A stretch of DNA of 63,958 bases, counting the filler, from Craspedostauros australis (Eukaryota): assembly GCA_030167865.1 (NCBI GenBank). It is 8 parts of 8 records of this genome, joined end to end, with 100 filler letters (N's around TTAATTAATTAA, not from the genome) between each part and the next. Parts side by side here need not be neighbours in the genome. Positions count along the whole stretch, not along the records: positions 1 to 20,879 come from JALAGF010004761.1; 7 more parts are not named here. One strand, written 5' to 3'. The position numbers and the translations under genes are program-made. The notes under the pieces are model-generated. The model was given only the letters and a program-made list of their open reading frames with translations. It had not been told where the DNA came from and ran no database searches. Shown piece by piece: positions 1-11,900 of the stretch (the stretch's first letter is position 1; each line of letters starts with the position of its first letter).

Positions 1-890
1 GTGATCGTGAATTGACGGATTGATGGCTGTCGTATCGGAGACATCACGGTATTTTGCCCAAGTAAGATCATCATGATTCTCCAGCGCAAAGTATCGATGG
101 CATTCACACGATCGTGTATCATAAGTATTGTACAATGTTGCTCTGCGGAGTGTGGTAGGTATGGTGCTCTGTTGATGGCCACGGTGGAGCAAGGAACAAG
201 GAACAGACGTGTGGGATTGGAGTGGGAGGACCCATTCTCCGTTGTGAATGATGAATCGGCATCTCTGGCACGGTATGCCATACTCGTATCGAGAGTGAAG
301 ACTATCTCTCTGAAGTGGCCTCTCCCTACTTGCTCGTAGTCGTACTACTATGCAGCGAGTTGCCTCCGTTGTTGTGTGCTGTGTGTTGTGCAGATCGCAG
401 ATGAGGATCATGGCGACACATCGCAACAGAGTGATCGTGTGGATGTTGTTTGTTGGAGTGATTCAGATCAACGGATCCAGCCGTTAAAGACGTTTGCAGA
501 ACAAGTTCAAATGTGCCACCTTCCGAAATCGTTGCGACGCACTCTTTGCGTGTTGCATCCCCTGTCCAGAGACATTCAGTTCTGCATAGTAGATCATATT
601 ATATAATATTCTATGACAGTACATCTATCAGATATCTGCGACCGTGAGTCGGCCACGATGGTTGCTGTTGGGGGCCCATGCATGGAGGAGTAAGGATCTG
701 GCCCATCTTCAGTACTCCACAAAGACGACATCTTCAACTGCGAGGAAGCCTATGACAGAACCACCGAGTTGTCCATGCTCCTGCTTCGGAATGAACAGAG
801 AACAGAGAAAAGAACAAAGTTCCAAACTCCACTCCATGCCGGATTAGTGCCTCAAGGTGCTCAAGCTTATCAGCGCTTATCAATGCCAGA
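1..890. repeat. Duplicated intergenic segment, copy 1 (paralog at ~2672-3625)
   Basis: gtgatcgtgaattgacggattgatggc at 1 recurs at 2672. The copies are colinear and highly similar by eye to ~720/3450, with weaker similarity to ~890/3625 (tatcaatgcc). Confidence 0.95.
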
Positions 891-996
891 GTGTTGTGGA
901 GTGTATCGTGGAGTGGGTGTTCCTATTTTATCACCCACCTCATCTCAGTCTCGTCCTTGCCGAATTTAATCAATTGCCTTCAATGTTGCCGTTCTG

Positions 997-2262
997 CTAT
1001 TTGGTCTCCAATGATCGAATCTTCTCCAACAGAGAGGACCGGTCCATGTCCTCTTCCAACATCACATCATCTCTTTTCTCCAACCACTCATACAGCTCAT
1101 CGATCCGCATTTGGCTGAATTCGTCTCCAGTTGTTTTCGTCAAGTCCTCACAACTTGCATACTGATGAATCTCCCTCATCAGCTCAACTGACTCGATCAG
1201 TTGACCGGCCTCACGTTGCCGTAACACTTTGGCCATATTCTTCCCCACCACCTTGATGCACTCTTCTTTCAGCACACAGCAGCTGTGTGCATCTGAAAAC
1301 AACAGAAGGTCGACGCATGAAGTCAGGTGGAGATGCTTTGCTGTCAACTTCGTCTCCAGCAAGATCTTGAGCTTCCAACAACCGAAGTGGTTGGCAACGA
1401 TCAGCAGATCTTGCAATTGACGTCGGGTCATGTCATCTGCAAGGAAGGATGTATCATCAGCATAGATGAAACGAAGCATGAATCGGAAATGGTCGGGGTC
1501 GATCGTTGGAAACGAGATTGACTTTCCGTCTCCATCTTCCTCGTTGGCAGTTGTAGCTTCATCAATGAATGATTTCATTGATGGTGCTCCTGCTAACACG
1601 AATGAGGTGTTCGCTTTGATGCGTTGCTGTTGATCGCTGGAGCCAACAACGAAGGTGATGTCGGCGAGAGTTCCTGCATGAAGCATCTTGAGCCGTTCTT
1701 TGTTGAAACTTAGGGATGAAGTCCAGCGCTTACAGATATGCTCCAGCTGATCGAACTTGATGTGGATAGATAGAATGTCATCATCGAGTCCACGGTCGAG
1801 CACCTGTTTCATGGTCGTAAATTCGTCCCATCCCCAATTGGTATCTTTGCCCAAACAAAATGTATGTTCTCCTGAGGTGTCGGTGATACCCAACTTGGGA
1901 ATCGAGGCTGTGTACTTCACAGAGTACTCTTCATCCAACAACCATGACGCTTCGTCGAGATAAAGATACATCCCAACACGATATCCTTGAGGCGAGTCAG
2001 AGCCTTCCCCCGACTGCGCATCATTTTTTGAGAACTTTAGCATGAACTTCCATCGAACACCGCCGCACCCAAAGACAGGAGAGTACTTCTCCGTGAGTCG
2101 TTGGCACTTGACCTTAGAGAACTGATGAAACTTCACGACAATCAAGTGTTTCTCATGGTCATCATCACAATCGTCGTCGTTGTTGCCGTCGTTCTCATTA
2201 TTTCCCCGCTTGTTGACGTGTACGACCTTCACGGTCTCGTTGTTGTTGAGTGGTTGAGACAT
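997..2262 (-). CDS. MATH-BTB/POZ domain protein (SPOP-like cullin-3 adaptor), paralog 1
   Basis: 421-aa ORF. MATH motifs: VVKFHQFS..YSPVFGCGGVRWKFML..VGMYLYL..NWGWDEF. BTB/BACK motifs: LADITFVVG..PDHFRFMLRFIYAD..LLIVANHFGCWKLK..LKEECIKVV. Confidence 0.9.
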   Translation of the reverse strand: MSQPLNNNETVKVVHVNKRGNNENDGNNDDDCDDDHEKHLIVVKFHQFSKVKCQRLTEKYSPVFGCGGVRWKFMLKFSKNDAQSGEGSDSPQGYRVGMYLYLDEASWLLDEEYSVKYTASIPKLGITDTSGEHTFCLGKDTNWGWDEFTTMKQVLDRGLDDDILSIHIKFDQLEHICKRWTSSLSFNKERLKMLHAGTLADITFVVGSSDQQQRIKANTSFVLAGAPSMKSFIDEATTANEEDGDGKSISFPTIDPDHFRFMLRFIYADDTSFLADDMTRRQLQDLLIVANHFGCWKLKILLETKLTAKHLHLTSCVDLLLFSDAHSCCVLKEECIKVVGKNMAKVLRQREAGQLIESVELMREIHQYASCEDLTKTTGDEFSQMRIDELYEWLEKRDDVMLEEDMDRSSLLEKIRSLETK

Positions 2263-2671
2263 CGTCGAAGATGATGTGGTTCTGAAACGAGAATGCGAGA
2301 AAGTGAGGGATGGAGGAAGAGGCGGATGGTTGAAAAGGGGGCAGACGAAGGGTACATGAGCGAATTATGAGCGGTTAATGAGCAAATTGTGGAATCTGAT
2401 ACCATGGACAGCCTCAATTCCACGCTGCGTCATGCTTCCCTGCTTTCCGCTCAACCTGCCACTCAACTTCCCCACATGGATGAGAGGTCATCATGCAGAG
2501 TACGACAACCCACGATACTGAGGCGCTGCGCTGAGCGTGGAATCATGCCGTAGTCCATGGTAGTCACTGCACGAGTGCTCAGACCATCTGTATCTGTATC
2601 TTCATCTTGCTGCGCAATACTCTGTGACCACACGATCATGCGATCATGCGATCACATGATCACGCGAAGAT

Positions 2672-3625
2672 GTGATCGTGAATTGACGGATTGATGGCCG
2701 TCGCATCGGAGACATCACGGCACTTTGCCCAAGTAAAATCATCATCATGATTCTCCAGCGCAAAGTATCGATGGCATTCACACGATCGTGTACCAAAAGT
2801 ATTGTGCAGTGTGGATCTGCGGAGCGTGGTAGGTATGGTACTCTGTTGATGGCCACGGTGGAGCAAGGAACAAGGAGCAGACGTGTGGGATTGAAGTGGG
2901 AGGACCCACTCTTCGTTGTGAATGATGAATCGACATCCCTGCCACGGCGTGGAACACTCGTATCGAGAGTGAAGACTATCTCTCTGAAGTGGCCTCTCCC
3001 TACTTGCTCATAGTCGTAGTCGTACTACTATGCCGTGGTTCCGCTGACGTTTGCTCTGGTTGCGATGATCCAGCGAGTTGTCTCCGTTGTTGTCTGCTGT
3101 GTGTGTTGTGCGGATCGCAGATGAGGATCATGGCGACACATCACAGCAGCATGATCGTGTGGATGCTGTTTGTTGGAGCGGTTCAGAACAAAGCAGATCC
3201 AGCCGTTAAAGACGTTTGAAGAACAAATTCAAATGTGCCACCTTCCGAAATCGCTGCGATGCACTCTTCGTGCACTGCATCCCCTGTCCAGAGACATTCA
3301 GTTCTGCATAGTAGATCATAGAATAGAATATGATATAATGTATTAGTACATCTATGTGATCTCTGCGAGCGTGAGTCGGCCATTGTGGTTGCTGTTGGGG
3401 GTCATGCCTACAGGAGTAAGGATCTGGCCCATCTTCCGTACTCCACAACAACGACATCTGCAGCTGCGAGCAAGCCTCTGGCAGAACCATTGGTTGTCAC
3501 AACCACTGGTTGATGCATGTCCTCGCCTCATCTCGGAACGAACAGAAAACAAGAGAATGGCTCAGTATGCTCTACAGGTATAATACATCCCAACGCACAG
3601 TACTCACGCGTATCAATGCCTGTGT
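2672..3625. repeat. Duplicated intergenic segment, copy 2
   Basis: Colinear with 1-890, with a short insertion near 3035-3070. Confidence 0.95.
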
Positions 3626-3747
3626 ATCTGCAGTGTGTACATTGTGTGCACTCCAATCTCATTACGGATACCCATCTTTCCCCATCGCCCACTTCATCAT
3701 CTACTTCGCTCTCCTCTACATCCCCATCTCAATCTTGGCACATCCAA

Positions 3748-5142
3748 TCAATCGGCTCTCCCATTCGCACTCTGTCCCTTGCTCTCCAATGATCGAACCC
3801 TCTCCAACAAACACCCCCGCCCCATATCCCCCTCCAACACCACATCCTCCCTCTCATCCAACCACCTGTACAGCTCATCGATTCGCATTCCATCGAACCT
3901 GTCGTCTCCACTGCTGCGCTTGTGGCCGGGACTCTCAGCTATCTTCTTCATCAACTCGCCCGATCTGGCCAGCTGGATGTGATGGCCACGCTGGAACACC
4001 TCAGTCAAGTTCTTGAGGACCACCTTGACACACTCTTCCTCCAACACACAGCACCTGTGCGCATCTGCGAACACCAGCAGATCGACACATGAAGCCACAT
4101 TCAGATGCTTCGCTGCGAGTCTCGTCTCCACCACGATCTTGAGCTTCCAGCAACCGAAGAGATGGGCCACGAGCAACAGATCTCGCAGCTCGGCTTGTGT
4201 GGTATCATCCGTGATGAAGGATATGTCATCCGCGTAGATGAATTGGAGCATGGATCGAAAGTGGCGTGGATTGGTTTCTGGCAGCGAGATGCACTTTTCA
4301 TCGCCAATGCTGCCACCAACAGCTGTCGCAGGTGCAGACGTCGTTTCCACGGGTGTGGCTCCAGCCATGATCAATCGCATGGCTGGATTTCCCACCAGTA
4401 TGAACATGGTGTTGGCCTTGATGCGTTGCTGTTGATCACCAGTGCCGACCACGAAGGTGATGTTGGCATGCGTCTCGGTCCGAAGCATCTTGAGCCTGTC
4501 CCTGTTGAAGGCGAGGGATGGTGTCCAGCGATTGCAGATGTGTTGAAGTTGATGGAACTTGACGTGCACAGAGAGGGTGTCGTCATCGAGTCCATCATTG
4601 AGCACTTTGTTCACGGTCGTGTTCTTGAGCCATCCACATGCTCGGTTTGCACCCAACCGATAGAAGTATGCTTGCTCTCCTGTGGTCTCGGTGACACCAA
4701 GCTTGGGGATCGAGGCTTCGTACCTGACGGAGTAATCTTCACCGAACAGCCACGGTGCGTCGTCAAGATACAGGAACATTCCAAGATAGTAGTCTGGAGC
4801 AAATTCGGTGCCTTCGCTCGGCTGTGCGTCGTCAATGGAGATCTTGAGCCTCAGGTACCACCGAGCGCCTCCGCACTCGAAGGAGGAAGAGTCAATGCGC
4901 TTCTTTGTCTTGTGGTAGATCTTGGAAAAGCGATGGAACTTGACCACAATAAGGTCTCTCTCGTGATCATGAGCATCACCATGAGCATCACCATGATCAC
5001 CAGCGTCGTCGCCGTCTCCGCCGTGTTCCCTCTTTGCTCGCTTGTTGACGTGCACGACCTGAACGCCTTGATTGATGTTGTGAGCTTGGGCGGGAAAGTC
5101 AGCTTCTTCCGAATTGGAATTGGAACGAGGATGTTTCGTCAT
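3748..5142 (-). CDS. MATH-BTB/POZ domain protein, paralog 2
   Basis: 464-aa ORF colinear with 997-2262 (ITFVVG..QQQRIKANT, FIYADD, FGCWKLK, MRIDELY). Confidence 0.9.
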   Translation of the reverse strand: MTKHPRSNSNSEEADFPAQAHNINQGVQVVHVNKRAKREHGGDGDDAGDHGDAHGDAHDHERDLIVVKFHRFSKIYHKTKKRIDSSSFECGGARWYLRLKISIDDAQPSEGTEFAPDYYLGMFLYLDDAPWLFGEDYSVRYEASIPKLGVTETTGEQAYFYRLGANRACGWLKNTTVNKVLNDGLDDDTLSVHVKFHQLQHICNRWTPSLAFNRDRLKMLRTETHANITFVVGTGDQQQRIKANTMFILVGNPAMRLIMAGATPVETTSAPATAVGGSIGDEKCISLPETNPRHFRSMLQFIYADDISFITDDTTQAELRDLLLVAHLFGCWKLKIVVETRLAAKHLNVASCVDLLVFADAHRCCVLEEECVKVVLKNLTEVFQRGHHIQLARSGELMKKIAESPGHKRSSGDDRFDGMRIDELYRWLDEREDVVLEGDMGRGCLLERVRSLESKGQSANGRAD

Positions 5143-5991
5143 GATTCAAGGTGATGTCGATAACACGAAGTATAGTATTGGTATGGTGTTGAGACAAGTA
5201 TAGTATTGCAATAGGTTGTGCTATGGGTGGTGCAACCGTCAGTGTGGTGAGACGAAGATCTGTCGGAGTGCTGAGTTGGTTCTGTGTGGTCGGTGTCACC
5301 TCATGTTTGTGATGAAGTGGTGGTGGGTGTGTCAATCATGACGTCTTTGGTGTCTCGTTGGCGGGAATGGGAATCTTGACCACTCAGTCACGCTTAATTT
5401 GAGTCCTTTTTCGTCGAGCGGTTATTGTGTTTATTTTAAGTAACGTTATGTTAACGTCATCATATTTTGGCAACAGAGGAACCACGGATACACATGGTGA
5501 GTTTCGCGCGCACCGTGTGGGTGGAGTCATGATCGTGTCACCGTGCCAAACGCACGAACCTCGGGCGTTGGCGGGTCGTGTTGGATCGTCGCTCCGTGTT
5601 GCGAATGGCGTGTCGTGTGAGTGTCTTTCTTGGTGGTGAGTTCTCTCTGTTGTGTTGGATCTCGGTTGTGTCCAAAGCCCATCCCAGAGTTCACTCTTCT
5701 TGCTCTGCCTCTTCACCGCATTGCATTGAATTGACTTGCATTGACTTGTATTGTTTCGAACGACACTGCCTTGATTGGCCCATCCATCATTGATTCATCG
5801 ACTGCGGCATAGTCTTGACGAGGAGACGCAGCAGCAACAAGAGAGCGAGATCAGCGCAGCGCACGACCTATTGGTACACATGGTGCAATAGCTGGTATAG
5901 TACGAGTAGAGCTGCCCAAGTACGCGTATTGGTGCCATACAAGTCAGGCGAAGCCAGCTGTTGATCATCCGCTGTTGATCATCTGCTGAGC

Positions 5992-8900
5992 ATGACGAAC
6001 AGACTGCATCACGGAGGGCAGAGCCGTGCAACAACGCGACAACACAGACCAACGCAGATGCAAGCGCACGCCGGGAAGGGCATGAAGACCAAGGGAGCTG
6101 CTGGTGCTGGTGCTGGAAAGAAGCCTGTGTCCACCGCAGCAGCGAGCTCACCAAGCAGGAAGGAGGGGATGATGGTGACGCCCACCAAGCCAAGACGATC
6201 CTCGCGGCAGCCGCAGATGACCAAGACGGGCGCTTCGAACGGAGTCCGTGCTGCGGTCACACCGGAAGAGCAGCAGCATCAACAACAGCTGCTGATGCAG
6301 CGCTCGCCTCCTGCTGCTCTGCGCCCACCTACGGCCGCGAATGCTGCGGGGTCTCCATCTGCATCGTCCTCCTCCTCTTCATCCTCGTCTTCAGATGGCG
6401 CTGGATCGGACGCCGCCGACGTCAACATCAACCACTACCATGCCACGCTGGCCAGGGAGTGGCTCAACCATTCCTTGCGCACGCAGCCATCGCCTGATGG
6501 AACCCTGTCGGATGGCTCGCTCTTCACCTGGACCTTCCTGCAGCACAAGTACGCCATCACCATGTCACCCCCATCGTCTTCCGCACCTCCGCCCAACGGA
6601 GCAGCCGCAACCACACCTGTGGTCAAGGTGGACAGCGCCGGTGATGCAGCTGTCGATCAACCCGATGCTCATCACAAGCGTTCTCGGCGACGCAAGCGAT
6701 TGCAATCCGCACACGATGTGGCAGAACAGATGCTCTCCAAGGTGGTTCACAAGGATGCGGATGGAGCATCGGCGCCTGCATCAACATTGAGCATGTGGAG
6801 CAACCAATGGCTGGGTTCCAACTGCATGCTCCTGGTCACGGCCCAGACGCTGCACCAGCACACCAAGTCGTCGCAGTCATCAACGCTCATGGAAACGACC
6901 TCAAAGATTGTCACGTACTTGCGTGATCAATGGAGGCAGATCCAAGCATCGCCCAACAACAGCCTGCCTTCATCGCCCAGCGCTGTCATTGCGTACGGCC
7001 ATCTGGCTTCCACCGCAGCAGGTGCGTTGGAGACCATCTTTTGGCTTCGCGATCGCCTCCATGATCCCAACTTGGCCTCTGACTTGGTCTTGGATCTGGC
7101 CTCGCGCATTCTGGTCTGCGGCAAGGACACTGCTGCGTACATCAAGCAATCCAAGGCCAGAACCAATTCGCCATCTCCGTACATGCTCTACTGGAAGACA
7201 ACCGGCCGAAGCGCCAACACCGATTGGTGGTGTGACATGCCCGGCATCCTGCACTCCCTCCTCAATCTGGCGCCCACGGAGTGGAAGCACCTCGAGACCA
7301 CCTCCTTCCCAAAGGCGAGGCTCATCGTGCGCAGCACCGTGGATCTCTGCATGGAACGGTACGGCTTCGTCGTCGGTTCCAAGGTCACGTCGTACGCCAC
7401 CTCGCCATTCTCCCACGTCCTGCTCAGCCTCCAGGCGCATGCTTGCTTCGGCGACGTGCGGTACTGGCGATTCGCGGAGGGCGTCGCGGACAGCCTGCTC
7501 TGGAAGCAGCAGGATTCCATCATCGATGCTTCGGACGTCCTCATCGGATCCGCGCAGATCTTCCTCCTCCTCGCATCGCGCGACGCCAACGCGCAAACGT
7601 GGAAACAGCGTGCGCAACAGACCTGCCAGTCGCTTCTGGCCAAGAGCAGCGCTGGCGTCGGAGGCGTCCTGCAGGGCGTCGGCGGCGTCATCAACCTTCT
7701 TCTGGATCTGTCGCGCAAGGATGTCGCCGCCGTCAACACGGTGCGTCGCATGATTCCGCCGCAGGCCATGCCATCCACCGTGGAATACTACCTGCACGAA
7801 GTCGCCGCCAACATCGATGACGATTCCGTGCTCCTCATGGAGGATCCGTTGGAAACGCGGACGCCCGTCAAGGCGACGACTCCGCAACAATCCACGACTC
7901 CCGTTGTGCAGGATCATTTCGATGACATTGATGGCGTGCCGCAGGAACTCAGCGAATCCGAGATTCCGTTGTCACGCGCCATGGATGAAGCACGCAAGCA
8001 GAAGCCGAACGGCGCCACGCAGTCTCCGGCTAATGCTGTGGACGCGCAAGATGGATCCTCGCAACGCAAGGCGGAGCAGACCAACGGCCACGTTAGCCCT
8101 AAATCGCTCGAGCCACAGAAGGGGCAGTCCGGCGTCGATCTCGCCATGTTCCTCCTGGAGCAGAACATGATGAACACCGACAGCGTCATCACCAACAATC
8201 ACAATGACGACCAATTGGAATCCCTGCTCTACTTGCGGGTCATGCTCAGCAACGCGCTTGCGGCAGCATGCAACGATCCCACCGGCGATAACTGCATCTA
8301 TCTCAAGACGGCGTGGGTCGATGCAACATCGGCATTGCGCGCCAAAGAAAAGCTGGCTTCGTCACGATCGGCAGATGCGCCCATGCCCGATCTACTCAAC
8401 ACCAACGCGTTGGGAATCAACTGCCTCCTGGTCGCCATCATGAGGCGACGCGACAAAACGGACAAGGCGCATAGTTTGGCGGACCAGATTATCCAGCAGC
8501 TGCAGCGCGAATACGACAGCGAAACCAAGGATTGCAGTTTGGTCGGTGGCAAGGCATCCCTCTTGCGTGCCATTGCGTACTTGCGACGCACACTCGACGA
8601 ATCCATGTTCGGCTCCACCCTCGTGCTGCAAATCGCCAAGGATATTCTCATGATCGGCATGCAAACCGCGCGCAACTACAAATCCAGCTACATGCTGCTG
8701 TGGGATCATCAAGACGACGACAGCGCAGTTCCGCAGTTGGGTGCCGCGCACGGATTGATCGGGATCCTGTACACTCTGCTGGATGCCCTTCATGCGGAGG
8801 AATGGACTGCGCTCGACCAAAGCCTCCCGCGCGTCAAGGATGTCATCTACAGCACCATCGAGAATCTGGAGAACACGCGCGATCCATGCGGGCGTATCTT

Positions 8901-11900
8901 CCCAACCATCGATGATACCGGCAGGTACGCACCGTCGCCCAGCTGGTCCCATGGCAGCATCGGGTACCTCTTTCTCCTCGTCAAAGCAGCGCAGGTGTAC
9001 GATGACGACGACTGGTTCCTCGAATTGGCATGCGACATTGGGGAACAGGCGCTGTGGCCGTACGTGGAGGATGGAGACAAGGAGTCGCGAGCCATCGACG
9101 CAGGTTTGGATGGCGGTTACACCGGCTTTGGATACGCCTTCCTCCTGCTGTCGAAGATTAGCACCTCCCACATCAACTGGCATGAGCGAGCCAAGCACTG
9201 CACAAAAATGGCAATGGAGAAGCTGTTTCAGCCGCCGGGAGATGCGAAGCTCACCATGTCGCACGGCATTGGCGGGTTGATCTCGCTGTTGACGCACATG
9301 GAGGCAAAGCAGACGATCGATTTCCCGCTGTTCGAACTGCCCATAGTGTTGCGGATCGACGAAACGCTGTACCAGAATGATCAGCGCGATGTGCGACAAC
9401 TGGACTTTGGGAACGTCGAAGATGCGCTGTCTGCCGTCATGGAGGCTCCGGATGAAGACAAGGTGTCTGTGAGCGAACCAAACGACGTTGCGGCGGAGAC
9501 CAAGCAGAACGACGACAAGAAGACCGCAAACGTTCCCATTGTTGTTCCAGAAAACGGGGCGGAACTTGCGAGCCCAAAACCGACTGCAACTGCCCCAAGC
9601 GCCGAGTCGATATCACGCGAAGAAGCTTTGGCTGCCTACAAAAAGAAAAAGAAGGAAGAGGCAGACAAGGCCTTGAAGCTCAAAGAGGAGGAGAAAGCGA
9701 AGCGACAAGCAACGGCGAATCAGCGGATCAACGGCCATCTCAACTCGCCGCCGCCGCAACAACGCAAGACAGGTGGTCCTGCTGTCGTATCGAATGGCGT
9801 GACGCAAGAGTCTCCTGCTGCGACCACCAAAGTGCAAGTCCTCACGACGTCATCCAACACGACAACGCCGACGAAATCCGCTCGATTGGCGTCAATGAGA
9901 AAGGCGAACAAGTCCACTCCTCGCAAGGCACGTGCCACTCCACAGAAGCAACAAGAGCCGCATCAGCAAGAGTCAGTCTCAACGAAGGCATCGATAGTGG
10001 GCGCTGCAACTAAAGAAGACAACAAAGACAGCAGTTATGTGATGGAAACCAAGTCTCCGATCAAGCCAGTCACGCCTGCTGGAGCTACGAATGGCACCGG
10101 TGACGCAAAAACTGATGACGCAGCGCCCAACACGAAAATCGCAAGTCCTCAGCTGACTCCAAAGACACGCGAACAGCAGCTGCAGGAGTATTTGGCACGG
10201 AAGGAGACCAAGGCGGAGACCAAGGTGAAGTCCAAGTCCACTCCATCACCATCAAGGAAAGGCAAAGATGTGGCATCATCGACCAAGAAATCTGCAACGA
10301 AACAATCTCAGAAAGCGAAATCGAGTCTGACGCCAAAGAAAGCTACCACGCCAGAAGCAACTACTGGAGGTTCGGGGAGGAAGAGCAATGCTGGAGTAGT
10401 TTCGCCAGAGCAAGGCAAGACAGTCACAGTTTCCGATGGCCAGGCAGGTGTCAGCGTGGAATCAAACACCGCCGTGGTTGAGAAAACGCAGAAAAACACG
10501 GCGGCTGCAACGACACCAACACCACCGCCGGCAACAGCATCAACCGTGGAAGAAAAACACGCTGCAATTACTCGCGCAGAAATCGTTGTGGCGAAGGAGC
10601 AAGATAAATGGAATGGAGCAACAAACCCGACTTCGGGTGCGGGTACGAACAAGGGCGACTACAAGCTTGTGCAAACACCAGCACCGAAAATCGCTGTGCG
10701 TCAAGAGATCAAGACACAAAAACGAACGAACGTCACTTCGGTTGCAGCCGCGGTCGCCTCCACAACGAAAGCAGTGACACAAGCAACACCGGCCATGTCG
10801 CCACAGGACCCTCTGTGGACCGCTCCGCAGGCCAACGTTCATTCGCAGACCAATACGCAGCAGTCGGCGAGGCAGCAAGCCTCCAACGTGAAATCCTCCG
10901 CTCGCATCAAGGACACACGATTGATCGTATCACCGCTTGCGTTGAGGCAGCTGTTTAGCCAGCCAAGACCAAGCAATGCACCAACGGCTTCGTCTGCGTC
11001 TCCATCTCCAAACAAGAAGAAGAATCACCACCAACAGCAGCGGTCAGCCTTGCCAGTCCCAGGCGCGACAACGCTATTAGCCCAGCAGTTCATCACTGGG
11101 TGCTTGCACAACTCTTCGACCGAAGGATCGTTGTATCTTGGTGGCATTGGAGCGACATTGCTCCTTCGCATTCGGCTCGGCGAGCACTTGAGTAGACGGC
11201 CGCAAGACAGCGGCATCAGCTGGCGCAGACCGCTCGTCGCCGCCAAGAACGCCGCGTTGAAGGCGCTGGAGAAGGCAGTTGTCTCTGAACGGGACAAGCA
11301 GCAGAATGTGTTCCACGGAAGCCTCCTCTCGGGACATTGGGTCGGCGCGAAGACGATGCTGGCCGCAGCATCTGCCCTGCTGGGCGACACCACTGCAGCC
11401 ATGTCCCAAGCCAATCAGTTGCTGGCCATCCTTGAAAGTGATTTCAGCATGCACCCGAAAGCATGCTGCGATCTGGTGTCCGGCTTTGCAGGTGCGTTGC
11501 AAACCATCTGGTGCCTGCGACACTACCTGAAGGACACGACGTTCGGATATGACTTCGTCGTGAACATCACGACAGCCATTCTGATCCAAGGCATGGAGAC
11601 CGCCAAGGAAATCACGAAAGAGGGAACGCCAGCATCGCCGACGACTTCGGATTCCGCATTCCTGAAGTGGAAGCGCAAGGGGCGTCTGTACTTGGGCGCA
11701 GCGCATGGCGCCGTTGGCATCCTCCAGAGCCTCCTCGGCTTGTCGACGCTGGAATGGGAGACCGTGGAAAGCGAGTTGCCTGGGGCACGCCGCGTCGTCC
11801 GGCACACCATCGAATGCTTGGATACCTTCCGCTCGGACGATCTGATCACAAAGCAGAAGCTGCATTGCAAGGTGAGCAACGAACTGCGAGATTGGACGGC

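Noticed and set aside
2630..2680. Cluster of GATC-containing short direct and inverted repeats
   Set aside because: Short and consistent with slippage; no support for a function.
73..3013. Twin 88-aa ORFs (73-339 and 2747-3013)
   Set aside because: They are a by-product of the duplicated spacer, with many amino-acid changes and no recognisable motif.
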